Assembly: GCA_977018835.1 (NCBI GenBank)
Contig: OZ361260.1
Span: forward strand, 2,604,001 to 2,668,000
Length of the DNA stretch: 64,000 nt
Direction: 5' to 3'
DNA from: Minutocellus sp. GHC0000111
Lineage: Eukaryota
Part shown: positions 33,201-45,688 of the stretch, piece by piece
How positions within the stretch are numbered: the first letter of the stretch is position 1
How the letters are laid out: each line of letters begins with the position of its first letter
Program-made: the position numbers and the translations under genes
The notes under the pieces: model-generated
The model's input: the letters and a program-made list of their open reading frames with translations, nothing else
What the model was told of the DNA's origin: nothing
Database searches by the model: none

Positions 33201-33663
33201 TGCTGGTAGTGGGAGAGGTATTGACAAGAGTCGCCGTGAGGGAGGCCGTCGGACCGCGAACATACGGGTCAAGAGGTCCGTCCGACTTCTTGCCCCCACT
33301 ACCGCCAAGGACGCGAGAGACGACGGAGTTCCATATACCTCCGCCAGAGGCCGCGGCGGCACTGCCATCTCCTGCATCCGCGGCGACCGCTGCTGTTTCG
33401 GACCCATCGGCTCCCACCACCTCCTCCCCCCTTCCGTCGCTGGTTGCTCCACCCTCCTGCTGATATTCGTGGAACTTCCACTCCGTCAGCTTGTATTTGT
33501 AGAGACTCTCCGAATGTCCATTGCGGTGGCGACGACAGAAACTTGTCTGGGCGCAGGTCCTGAACTTGGACCGATCAACGGCGAAGGAGAGGGTAGGGCC
33601 ATGGCTGAGCAGGCCCAGGAGACCAAGAAGGAGGACGTAACGCGCGCTTGGGCGGGCGGTCAT
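30257..33663 (-). CDS. GANAB: ER glucosidase II alpha subunit (GH31), single frameshift at G-run 32681-32685
   Basis: Signal peptide, AVDRSKFRTCAQTSFCRR, WEESFGGHADSKPYGP, YRLYNLDVFEY, WLDIEH, WNDMNEPSVF and WTGDN. Adding one base in the run joins the two ORFs. Confidence 0.93.
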
Positions 33664-33869
33664 CGTTCTCAAGTGCGCAAGGCAAAGGCCCGAAATGAGG
33701 GTATCTTGCACGTGATGTACGAAGTAAGTAATGTGATGTGCCGCGTGCGCGTGGAATGAATCTGTCTGTCCTTCAACCCGTCAAAATCGAGTTCGCGTTG
33801 CCGGAGCGAGTTGAGTTGCGCCAAGGCGAAGGGTGAATTGAAGACTTCATACCTTACGGCTAAGCAACG

Positions 33870-34139
33870 ATGGAGGAACCTCTCGACCTTATCCGCCTCT
33901 CCATAGACGAGCGGGTGTACGTCAAGTGTCGCAACGACCGGGAGTTGCGCGGCAAGCTCCACGCTTTCGACCAGCACCTCAACATGGTCCTGGGGGAGGT
34001 GGAGGAGACCGTAACGTCGTACGAGATCGACGAGGAGACCGACGAGGAGATCGTGAAGAAGGCCACCCGGCAGGTTGGGATGCTCTTTGTGAGGGGCGAT
34101 ATCGTCGTTTTAGTCAGTCCGCCGCTTCGGACGGCGTAG
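33870..34139 (+). CDS. LSM3: U6 snRNA-associated Sm-like protein LSm3
   Basis: [40 protein letters not shown]...MLFVRGD.VVLVSPP. Confidence 0.97.
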   Translation: MEEPLDLIRLSIDERVYVKCRNDRELRGKLHAFDQHLNMVLGEVEETVTSYEIDEETDEEIVKKATRQVGMLFVRGDIVVLVSPPLRTA

Positions 34140-34742
34140 TGCGTGTGGCCAGCCTGGGGTTTGTGGTGCTGGAGAAGTGTCTGTCGGACAAATAATTGTT
34201 ATTGAGGCATGTCGGTCGGTCGGTAGCTGTCGGTCGGTGAGTCGAGTCGGACAAATTGAACTCGATTCATCCGCTCCCTGTCAAGGGCGATCAATTGGAT
34301 CTAGTTGTCCGATCATCAACATATTTGGGGCATTGGATATCGGTTCATAATCAAGGTTGTTGTGGGATGACAAATTCTATTTATGCATATGATCGTCATG
34401 ATCGGACTGCTGGCTGGCTGGATTGGTGCCACTTCCTTTTTTCCGACTCTTTTTCAGTGGCGTTATTCCTATCTGCAAAACAATTGGGCGGGCCACTATG
34501 CTGTGCTCCCTCAAATATCCCGGCCGAGTATTGTATGTATCTTTTAGCAACTGACATTAAATTCTAAGCACTACATTTATGTGAAATTTTGATCGTTGAA
34601 AGGTACAGGTAGTCTCTATCTCTAGGCTGCATCGTGGTGTATGTCCTGTGTACTAACCAAGTACATTTGATGAGACCTCGAAACTTAAACTTTGTTCAAG
34701 GCTCATCTAGCTAGCGTTGGTTGGTCACCGCATACTGTAGAT

Positions 34743-36426
34743 TCATTTCTTCTCGTTTGATGATGGCGATAGGCTGGCTCTATCGTGAGGTTCTTCCAGC
34801 TTCTTCACGAAGCCTTTGCTGCGGGGAATGATGGAATATTTGTTCAGTTCGGGGTGGGAACAATAATAGTGCGCCTGGGCCTGTTCCATGTCGATTGTAT
34901 CGCGGATGTTGCCAGTCTGGTAAATATCGCGGCAGTAATCCATCAAGATCTGTGACGCCATCACTGACCTGGTGGTGCACTTGAAGTAGATCGAATAGAT
35001 CTCATCAAAGCGAATCAAGGTGACAAACAGTCTCACATCAGCCTCTGTCATTTGATCGCCGCACATGTATCTCTGGCTGCTCAGGATTGTTTCGATCTTA
35101 TCGAACGCCATTTCGACTGCATCCAACGATTCTTCATAGTCCTTCTGTGTTTTGGCAAAGCCGACTCGATACACACCGTTCGACAGATGGAAAATCAAGT
35201 CTCCCATTGCATCAATCTTGGCCCGTTCGACAAGGGGGTATAAGTCCAGCGACGTGTTCTTGGCAAAGTCGTTGAAGCAATCATTCAACATTTTCGTAAT
35301 CTGGAGCGATTCCTTGGAAACAATTGTACCGGTCTTCTTATCCCATAGAATTGGGACGGTGTCCTTTCCGTCCGCATCACCGGCCTGCTCGCAGAGGTCC
35401 CGAATGCTTTTGCAACCGAGGATGGGATCCGCTTCGTTTCGATCGAATGCAGAGGGAAAGGGTCCGCCAACCCCATCCGTGTTGGTAAGCGGTGCTTCGC
35501 TGTCAATGGCGTTTGAAAATACCCACCCCTTGTGTGGATCCGATGGGTCATCTGGTCTCGTTCTTTGCCATATAGGATAAACCACAGTTATGGGTACGAC
35601 GTCCTCCAAACCTTTCAATGCTCGCACCATGAGTACCCGATGCGACCATGGACAAGCAAGAGACACGTACAGATGGTAGCGATCGGTCTCAGGCGCATAC
35701 TTTGATCCAGGATCTGGAGGAGGAGTTGAAAATTGACACAAATTATCAATTAGCAAAATCAAATCGTTACGTCCCCGCCCCGGCCTCTGCCAAGTAGGCT
35801 ACCCGGTAGTAGAGAGTGTACCAAAACTTACCATTGTTGATGAGCCTCCACTCGGCTTCCTTTTTCTTCATGTAATCTATCTCACTCTTCTTTTCCTCTT
35901 CCGAACTGCCTCCCTGTTTGCGCCATTTCTTGCCATAGTTGCTCGCATTGCTTTGTCGTTCCAGGGATTGGAACATACCGCGAGCATCGCTAATGTCAGG
36001 GCCAGCATCTGGACCGGACGGCGGGAGTGATCCCGACGATCCACCACCGCCGCCGCCGCTCTTGCTCCCATCCCAAGCACCGCGGTATCCTCTGAGAATG
36101 GCCTCGGCCTCCTCCCGCTTCCGTCGTGCCTCGGCCTGCTTCGCCTTCTGCTGCGAGTACCACGAATCCAATTCGCCGGACGACAGGCCCGACGGAGGAG
36201 TGGGCTGGACGGTCCCCTTCTTGCTCGCATTCTTCTGCTCGGCAAGGAAGGCCTTGGCTTGCTCCGGCGTCATGAAGGAAGCGCTGGACCCAGCATCCTT
36301 GAATTTTCCCTTGGCATTTCCAACCTTTCCCGATTTGGAGAGTAGAGCGAGCTCGTCCTTGATGCTCAATTTGGCAACTTGAGAGGACTCGGCAGTAGGT
36401 ACCGATCCTTCACCTTCCGATGCCAT
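34743..36426 (-). CDS. Xi-class GST / glutathionyl-hydroquinone reductase (ECM4/YqjG-like) with ~190-aa N-extension; exons 36426-35832 and 35713-34743
   Basis: RYHLYVSLACPWSHR, TVPILWDKK, NGVYRVGFA, EADVRLFVTLIRFD..Y..YFKC and HYY.SH motifs. Phase-1 GT-AG intron. Confidence 0.9.
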
Positions 36427-36738
36427 TGTTGATCCAAGACAAAGATACAAGTCTGGCAGCGGCGGCAGCAGTGGCGACAGCGGTAGAGGTGCAGTGCTTG
36501 CCGAGCAAACAACAGTAAGTCAAGCTTGTGCCGTTTTTCGTTTTTCCCAGCCAGCGATCGCAAGAGAGCGCGAGCGAGCAAGGCCTTTTTGGATTTCTGT
36601 ACGACATAGAAATGACGACACCGAAAGAGAACATGTAGCGAGTAATAAAAAATATCCGGACATGAAGATCGTAATTGATCCCCGCAGAAAGTCGTTGATC
36701 TGAGCCCTTGCGCAGTTCCCCCAAACTGTGCCAAAGGC

Positions 36739-39700
36739 ATGCATGGCAAGAAAGCTTCCCCGGTGCACGTGCTGGTACGAGGAATAGCCATTGTACGGCG
36801 CAAGAGCCCTCCAAATAATGACCAGGAAGCGCTCAAGAGTGAAGGCATTCGGCGTACAAACATACCATCCTCATTCATGGTGGAGACGGACAGAACATGC
36901 GCCACGTACTCGCGGGCATGGACGAAGCGGTGCAACAGCGAGGGGTCGTGGTGGGGTAAGGACGGCGAATTGGAATATTGTCAGTACTCCTGCTGGAAGA
37001 ATGGATCCCCCTACCGCAGCACCTCGCCTTGCTGCCCAAGAGAGGATAGGGATGATATTGTAGCACCAAGCATTGGAAGCGGGACCGCTACATCTCTTTT
37101 GGTCGACGAATTGATATTCAACTGCCCGAAGAGTTGTGGCGTCGACGAGTGCGAGGAGAAGAGCTATGTGTATTGGGATAAGATTTTCCAAGATATCCCA
37201 GAGGACGAGAGTTTAAATGGCCTTGGCCTACCTGCAACAACTTTATCATCGTCGGCACCACTGATGTCATCAGATAAGACAAAGGGAGGAATACTGCGTG
37301 AAAGACTGAATGGCGGCGAGGCCAGTGCATCGTCCTACACTACTCAGCACCATATCCCCACCGCATGTCATGCGGGATGGAGCACAACTTGTCAAGATGA
37401 TGGTGACTATAGATGCGTCAATGGTTTGAGATGCGATGCCTACCAAGGATATGATTGCACTCAGTTCATAGTAGTTGGATACTCTCCTATGCAGGTGGCA
37501 GATCTTCTCGCTCACTGCCCGTGCTCTTGCGGTATCCCCTGTGGAGCGCATGTACCAGTGCAGCACACTGTGAGTGAATCATTCACTCAAGCGTTCATTC
37601 CCAACCTGACCCCATCAGCAGCTCCCCCAAAACTGGGAGCAAAGGATCCTGGAATCGATCCGAAAAAAGAGAACAAGTGCGTACAATGCACAAACATTCC
37701 TTCTGCATTCATGATAGAGACGGGCAGAACGTGTGCCACGTACTCGCGGGCATGGACGAATCGGTGCAACAATGACGTATCATGGTGGGGTAAGGAAGGG
37801 GGAAAGGAGTACTGCCAATATTCTTGCTGGAAGAATGGGTCACCTTATCCAAGTGCGTCGCCATGCTGTCCTAGGAGAGACGAAGATGATCTTCCTGAGA
37901 CTTCTTATGTTCTTAGTGGTGGCGGTACAAATGGAATTCAGCTGAATAATGATGATCCTCAACCTTTTCAGGCCAAACCAAGAACGATTGGTCTTCCTGG
38001 CGAAGTCGAAGCTTCTGGCGGCAGTCCTTCTCCCGACAGTATTACCATTACACTCGAGAGTCAGTTATTTGAATTGCACTTATATCCAATGTCATCGTCG
38101 TTGGACTTTCAGTCGATCAATGATCTCAGTACAGTCCTGGACAACCAAATCGTTGCAAATCTCGACGATATAATGGGCCCAAGCGAGGACAGAAAAGTCG
38201 AACTCAACACATTTTTTTTGTTTCAGATTCTGGAGGGAGGAAAGTTGAGACATCGGAGGATATTATCAGAGAGCGTAATAACTGGCGATGGAGGAATTTC
38301 TGTTGCAAATGCAGTCGATGATGCAATGTTGGATTTATTGCACGATGGTGATATCGGTGAGACAAAAAGGACTTTATATTCAAAACATGGAGCTGCGTCC
38401 GGTGAGCAATCGCTTCATATTGGCATAATGAAAATTGTCCACGTTACTGTCCCATCCATCGGAAGCGGAGTGAAGCGGTCATATGATGCGTCGTTATTAC
38501 CTGATCCAGATACCTTGGACTTGGCGGTGCTGATGATTTTTACAGCAATCCAAGAGCCTCACAACGACGCTCCAAGAGGCCAACCCTCACCATTTCTCGT
38601 CACTCCAACGAGTGGAATTTATTGGATTTATAGCCGAGCCGACAGGTGAGTGCCAGAATCAAGTTTTTTGTTGCTTATCTTATCTTACTTTACTATATAT
38701 ATATTTATATATCATGGTCGCGTGTGCTTCTTGAATAACGACTAACTCCCTCCTCCCTACCTTCCTCTACCTATTTCTCGTTTCTGCTTTTATCTTTATA
38801 TGCCAGATTCGCCTACAAGGTCGCCAACACCGATGCCCTCAGTCTCTCCAAGTGCCAGTCCCTCGGCTAGTCCAAGTTCATCACCGACACAAACGGCCAG
38901 CGAAGCACCTTCGGCTCGTCCGACATTGGCACCGACTGGTCGTCCGACGACGAGCCCAACGTTGTCGCCAACAAATAGTCCATCCGCAAGCCCTTCAAAT
39001 CAACACTCGGACTCTCCATCGATGTCGCCATCTACTCCCTTACCAACCAATACTCCGACAGAAGAACCGGAGGCTGCCATGGTCTATGGTAATGAGTACG
39101 AGCTTCGAATAAGTCCAGTAACCGGGTTCCTGGATTTTTGGGCCATTACCCAGCTCATTGCCGTTCTCAATGGTGCCGCAAGTTCTAACATCATCCTACC
39201 AAGCAACCAATACGGTACAGCCAGAGTCAAGTTCTCCACGGCACTATTATGGCAGACAGTGGACAACGAAGGTGTCGCACCAGCAGGTTGGGGCGCGAAC
39301 GATGTTCGGAGCGCACTCATTGTCCGGGTCCAAACCACGGCATTCGTGACCATTCCTCATTCAGTAGTTGCCTTGGCCGAGGAATCGTCTACAGTGAGCA
39401 GCAATCAATATCGTCAGAATTTGATTCCATCCATCGAAACTATTGATGAGGCTATATACGCATCGTACACAGAGGGAGAGAAAAATCAGATTGGATTTAT
39501 GCTCCGTTCGAGTCCAGCGGCGCAGTTTCAGTATGTTGAAGCGGTTGAATTTCAACGATTCATCTATCCTCCAACCCCGGCCCCGACGCAAAGTCCCACA
39601 GAGGCCCCGACCTTTATGCCCACAGTCAGCCCTACCACTGCGCCTCCCACGGTGGAACCTAGTTCAAGACCCAGTGCATCGCCATCAGTGGCACCTACCT

Positions 39701-41915
39701 CGTCTCCGAGTAGTAGCCCCACAACATCTTCACCAACAATCTCACCTAGCAAATCTCCTACATCCAGTCCAAGCCATCCCCCGTCAGCAAGGTAAAAGGA
39801 GGCTGCTTAGTTTTTAATCTCATCATTTTTCACTGTGATATATACGTGTAACTCACCCCAAACCTGCTACTCCTATATCTCTCCTTTTTGACCCGTCCTT
39901 CTCTGCATTAAATTGTGTCTCAGCCCAACAATAGCACCGACGCCGATTCCTACTCCCGGACCGACGAACAATCCGACGGCACCGCCAACACCAGGACCGA
40001 CGAACAATCCTACAACAAGTCCATCCTCAAAACCTTCGTCATCGCCGACTTCTTCTCCGACGGATATTCCTAGCTCTATGCCATCGGCCTCTCCGAGCTA
40101 CCATCCGGCATTGGTCGCAGTAGATGGAAATGCATTTGAGCTCAGAATGACCCCAGTCAACACATATTTGTACGTTGATGCATTCAACGAATTGAATTCT
40201 GTATTTGATGAATTGATCAAAAGCAACCTTGACTTGATCCTCCCAGATTCTTCTGCAGTTATTGATTTGCAATTGTCAACGGTTATGTCGTCTCAGGGTC
40301 TCAAGAGGAGAGATTTACGAGAGGAGAATGGAATTGAAGTTGAGGAAAATGATGACGATCTCGAAACAGTTGATGAGGAGATCTTTGACATATTGAGAAG
40401 TGAAGACCGTCTGGAGGACACTCGTAGATTCAATCTCGCACCGAAAAATTATGAGATGGGCAATGATGGTGGTACCGATAACTCCCTAGACGAACAGCCA
40501 TCGGAACTAGGTCAATACTGTATGTGAGGCTTCGAAAGACTCTCCATATCAGTGTGCCGTCGATTGGCGAAGGAGGACGATACGATCCAAGCTTGATACC
40601 TGATGCCAAGACCATCGATTCAGCAACCTCGCGTGTGTTTGAAGACATCAATCAACGAAATTACTTCCTTCAGAGATTGCGCAGATCCAACATTAGAGCA
40701 TTTGCTTTGATGGACGAAGTTGAGTTCACTGGATTCATTTACCCACCCACCGAAGCACCGAGTTCGGCTCCGTCCTCGGAACCGACCCCAGCACCGACGG
40801 TATCGCGTCATCCGTCGGCAAGTCCAACGTCGGAACCTTCACCAAGCCCCTCGGCTATGCCATCGGCGAGTCCTACGGCTTCACCTTCGGATCATCCCAG
40901 CCCAAGTCCCTCTGCTCAACCCAGTGCATCACCTCCGCAGAATCCGACCTCCTCGCCGACGACAAGCCCTACCAACGTACCTACGCCGATGCATTCGGAC
41001 TCTCCCTCCATGGTCCCATCAGCTTCACCAACTCCCGAGCCAGTTTCTGTCAACGTTTACAGTCATCTCTTAGAGATTCGTTTTAGTTCTACGAGCACAT
41101 ACTTGGACTACGAAGTATTTACTTCCATCAACTATGCCATGGGCGAAATGATCCTGGAGAATCTTGTGCTTCCGAAAATGGAGCAGCGACATATCGAAGC
41201 TACCTTGACTCTGTTCTCTCAGTTCAAGTCATCTGGAGATCTCATTGTGACTTTGCAGCTAACGGCGGTTGTTACCGTACCGGCCGATGGCAGCAGCGGT
41301 ATATACGACGAGGAGGCGGTCCCAACGTCCAAGCAATTAGACCTGGCCATACAGTCTCTCTTGAGTGACGTGGAGCAGCATGACACTCTTATCCAGCGAC
41401 TTCGTCATTTCGGGCCTATGCACTTCCGGTCGCTATCTCATGTCACCTTGATCCGCTTCAATCTTCAGCCAACAACGTCTCCTACGATTCCGCCCAAGAC
41501 CATTGAGGTTAGAAGTAGCATCTTTGATATTTCCCTTGCTCCCATGCAGGCCTATCTGGACGTAGCTGGTGTTGCACCAATCAACTCAATACTGGACGAA
41601 ATCATCACTGCTAATCTTGCTAGGACTTTGCCAAGCAATATTGAGCACGAGGTGGTGACGATTTTCTTATCGCAGGGATTGCATTGGACCTCAAAGGCCC
41701 TGACTGTTCGGCTGCCGACCGCGGTTTCTGTGACAATACCTGGTGGGATGGAGGATCTAATGCCTGAAATCGACGACGTAAACAATGCAGTCATTTCAGT
41801 TTTCCTCAACGAAAGGCAAAATTCCAAGTTTATTGATGAGCTCGGAGATTCCGGTGTCGCTGCCTTTGCTACTTTGACTCATGCCGTCTTTCTTGGATTT
41901 TTCGGCGAACGGTAA
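36739..41915 (+). CDS. Very large mucin-like protein (2 Cys/Trp repeats, 1 Cys domain, 5 globular repeats separated by PTS tracts); introns 38646-38806 and 39792-39923; frameshifts at ~38545 and ~40510
   Basis: Duplicated TNIPS.FM.ET.RTCATYSRAWT.RCN...WWGK...EYCQYSCWKNGSPY...CCPR, a CQDD.DY...CPCSC domain, and a repeated FEL...P....L.......VEF.GF module. Start uncertain and the gene may be a pseudogene. Confidence 0.75.
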
Positions 41916-42290
41916 ACAAGTTGACACTCTCCCTGTTCTTTTTATGTAGTAAATGTTGCTAAATTAATGTTTCATCTCTTTAATACCGGCCAGGCACTAT
42001 ATTACTACGTTTACAGAGCTCTAGCTACAAGATATGTCCCCTTTCGACTCTCTGTATGGGAATGCATCGAATTATTTCGAGCTCCTTCTCTTCCTGCTAC
42101 GCACGTAGCTAGACTAGTTCTCGGGCTACATGTACTGACTGCTCCTCTTCTGTATCGCATGAATGGCCAAAGATATAATTCTGGATAAATTATATATGTG
42201 TAGATCCCTCACCGGCCATCTGTGCGGGCATTAGGTCGTAGATATGCAGCGGCTAACTACTACGTAGATACATGTAGTACGTGTAAACAA

Positions 42291-43007
42291 CTAAACGGAA
42301 TAAGAGCAAGAATCATCGTCGTCGCTCAGTAGATCTTCGCCAATCAGCGTGTCGGCCTTGTCATCACCATCTTCTTCAATATTTTCATTGTCTTTCGATA
42401 ATAGATGGAATGAATCAAAGTTACGCAGGAGAGTCTGCACAGCCTTTGTTGTAATGTCATCCCCACTTGATGAAGCATCATCGGTTGAAATATTGAAGTC
42501 CAGAATGTTCTTGACATCGTCGACACTCACACAGCCCAAGTCTTCAGTGTCTTGAAGAGTGGAGGTTGGAGAGCTTGGGAGGAACACGCGTCTATTTGGT
42601 TTTGGGTCTTGCCCTCCCTGGTGAAGGATGGCATCGAGCTGGTTGGTTTTCAGCTCCAACTCGGCTCGAAGACGTTCGTTCTCGTTTTCAAGGGCCGCGA
42701 CGAGACCAGCAAGTTTATGATTTTCATGAGTAGAGTGGAGATCGCGAGGCGTCGAGATAAAGGATGACGTTGTTGGCCGAAAGGGCAGCAGTTTGTGCTG
42801 GTGATTAGTGACTGATCTGCCGGAAGCATCGTCGGCGTCAATGGCGTCGGACGGCGCTAGTGTCCTTGGCAAGAGACACGAGGGCGCCATGTACGGGGGA
42901 GTGCAATCTTTCTCTGCCAGCTGAGGGGGGGAGGAGGACTGGGAGGGCTCGTCATCGACGATATCACCTGAAGGTTCGCCGACGGATGGATCTTTTGACA
43001 TGTTCAT
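42291..43007 (-). CDS. Hypothetical protein with short coiled coil and acidic tail
   Basis: Open ORF from MNMSKDP with an LVAALENENERLRAELELK heptad. No family recognised. Confidence 0.55.
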   Translation of the reverse strand: MNMSKDPSVGEPSGDIVDDEPSQSSSPPQLAEKDCTPPYMAPSCLLPRTLAPSDAIDADDASGRSVTNHQHKLLPFRPTTSSFISTPRDLHSTHENHKLAGLVAALENENERLRAELELKTNQLDAILHQGGQDPKPNRRVFLPSSPTSTLQDTEDLGCVSVDDVKNILDFNISTDDASSSGDDITTKAVQTLLRNFDSFHLLSKDNENIEEDGDDKADTLIGEDLLSDDDDSCSYSV

Positions 43008-43218
43008 ATTGTTGATATGCGGGGAACACGGAACACGCCGCGCTCCGCATCCGCGCTTCTTTTTTTTTGGCGCCAAGATACATGCACTCTCGTATTTTTT
43101 CGTCTTTCCTTCACCTGAGTGCCGCACGTAAAATATCCTGCAGTCAGGTAACACCGTAACCGCCAAGAAAACATGCTCATTGACTTGTAGCCCGCCCGCT
43201 TCATCATCCACCACCGAG

Positions 43219-45576
43219 ATGCCGCAACAACCCACCCAAGACCATGACGGGTCAGCGGACTGCGTTTGCAAATATTTTCGGCGTCGTCGACGACGTAATT
43301 CCATCGGTAGATGCATCTTGCTCGTTGGATTTCAAGTATCGCAACAGTTTCTTGGTGCCCACTGCTTCCAGTTGTCGTCTGCTCATCACGTGCGTACGCC
43401 TATGCGCAGCGGCAGCTTGCGGCATCAACAATATCGCTTGATAACGAGCAAACAACGGAGATGCTCATTTCCATTGCCATCAGCTGCCACAATCGCTTCT
43501 GAAGAAGAGAAATACGATGATTGGCAGGTTGGTGATGCCAAAAGGGACCTGGAAGTACTCAAAACGGCATATGCCAAATCCCGAGCCGAGGACGAAACAA
43601 ATGAAATTGCTCGGATGGACTTGTTGGACGAATACGCCAGACAACGCAAACCAGTTCAGACGGCCTTTCAAAGATATTTCGCCGGTCCACTACTAGTGGC
43701 AGCCATTATCACAAATCTCTTTCTGAAGTCCTCGCCGATGTCATCGTTTCGATCAATCATTGTTGGCTTGTTGGCAGTAAACACAGCTCACTTTTGGACC
43801 GCAATTGTCCTTTCACCAATCTTCATGCTGGCATCGAAAAACCGCTCCGATGCTGAGTTGTGGGAAGAATTTCCGGTGGTGGAGAGAACTTATCCAAAGT
43901 GGCATCCAGATTATGAGGATCCAAAGAGCACATGCAAGGACCACATTCTATGCCTATTGGAAAACTGGGTGTCCGCAGTCTGTGGTTCTGCCATTTCTGG
44001 GATGTTGGCTCTTTCCGTTGGCATTTACTCCTTCATCGTTCGAAATAGATGGCTCAATTATCACCTCGTTACCGAAAATGTCAAGAAGGGATTTTCTCTT
44101 CGAACGATGTTGGCAATGACGGCGATAACGCAGTTGTTGACAAGGCTAGGGGCAGCGGCAGCCGTGAAACAATTCCCAAAGCTTCGCTATCAATTACAGA
44201 AAGATCAAGACATTCAACCAATGGGGCGGTTTCAGTGTATGCTCTGGCCAAGAGCTGAAAATATTCGCAATGCACTACCAATGGGAATCGCCTTGGATGT
44301 TGCAGCTCTGCTGTTGGCAGTTTCGATTCGGCACAGTTCCTTGGCCTTTCCGATATCATTTCTACGAAGCAACTCAAGAGGTTTTGCGACATTTCTTTTT
44401 GGTCTTTCGATATTTGGCCCTTTACTCCACTTATTGTTCCTCGGGCGTATCATCAAAATAGAAAAGACCGATGCTGTATCTCTTGCAGGCATGTTGGAGA
44501 CGTTATCACCAAAGGCATGGCGGAACGGCTACGTTGACAGAGCAAAGAGATGGAGATATCGACCTTTGTGGAGGGAACCTGTGCGTGTACGAGAGGCGGT
44601 CGAATCGGCAATCCGTGACGATTTCATACTGAGAGGACACGGAAAGAAGGATTATGATACGCGGCAATTTCGACGCATAGGACCTAGTAGAAGACAACGC
44701 AGAAGGCAACAGAAGCTATTTGCGCGAAAAGATGATGACGGCAAATCGGCGTACAAATCCTTGGTGAAAGAAGTACCAATACTCCAGTTTTATGATACGG
44801 ACGTGGCCCTTGGCCACATTAATACCTCTGATGTGAGCTTGAGAGATGCGTGGGCCGAAGAGGCCAATGATTATAAGATCATGATTCACAATGAAGATTA
44901 CCAAAATGTTACCAAACTTGGATTGGATCTTGACGAAACTAAAGATACTCTCGGAGTTGCACTTCAGCAAGATTTAGACGTCGGCTTGTCGTTCGACTTT
45001 GACTGGGACCGACGCCCCAAGAAAGGGGAAAAGATTACCATGCATCGCCTACGTGCTCGTTTGGCACAAAGTACTCTCCGACGATATAAGCAAATTCTAT
45101 CGAATACCACGGAGTATCTCGATACCATCGAGGACCCAGAGGAACGCCTACGTAGAGGCATGGTCATAGCCGAGGCAGCAGAAGAGAAATTTGACGACGA
45201 ATTTGGCGAGCTGGTCGTTGCGCTCAAAACTTTAGTCCCCACCAATGAGCCATCGCCTTGACAATTCCAAAAACTCAGTGCAATGTCGGCGTCTGACGCT
45301 TTGAGTTTGGCTGGTATTAAGAAGAGCACATTTTTAGCTGACGCGTTGCCCGATAGAGAATCCATGGTGGCTATCAAGGGTGAAGTACCATCGTACGACA
45401 CCGACCAACCACCAATCGATCCACTTTCGTCTGGCACTGTTCGCAAAGCCTTTCCGAGTAAAGATGACAATTCAACTTCGTGGGCATCGAATACCTCAAA
45501 GAGTGGCTTCAGAATAAGGACTCGTCTGACGACGATGTCTACCTTGCGTAGCTTCACTACACGCCTGCTGCAATAG
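43219..45576 (+). CDS. Hypothetical multi-pass membrane protein (possibly plastid-targeted); in-frame TGA at 45259-45261 then 104 further open codons
   Basis: ~680-codon ORF with several hydrophobic segments and an AHCF signal-like junction. The ORF at 45283-45576 is in the same frame. Confidence 0.65.
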
Positions 45577-45688
45577 AGCTAAAGGTAATTACTCGGAGAA
45601 CTTCTTTACATGCAAACATTGCATTAGGATGAGGTTTTTGCACAGGGTAAAGTTCTACATACTAAGAATAATGCTGCGATATTAACGA

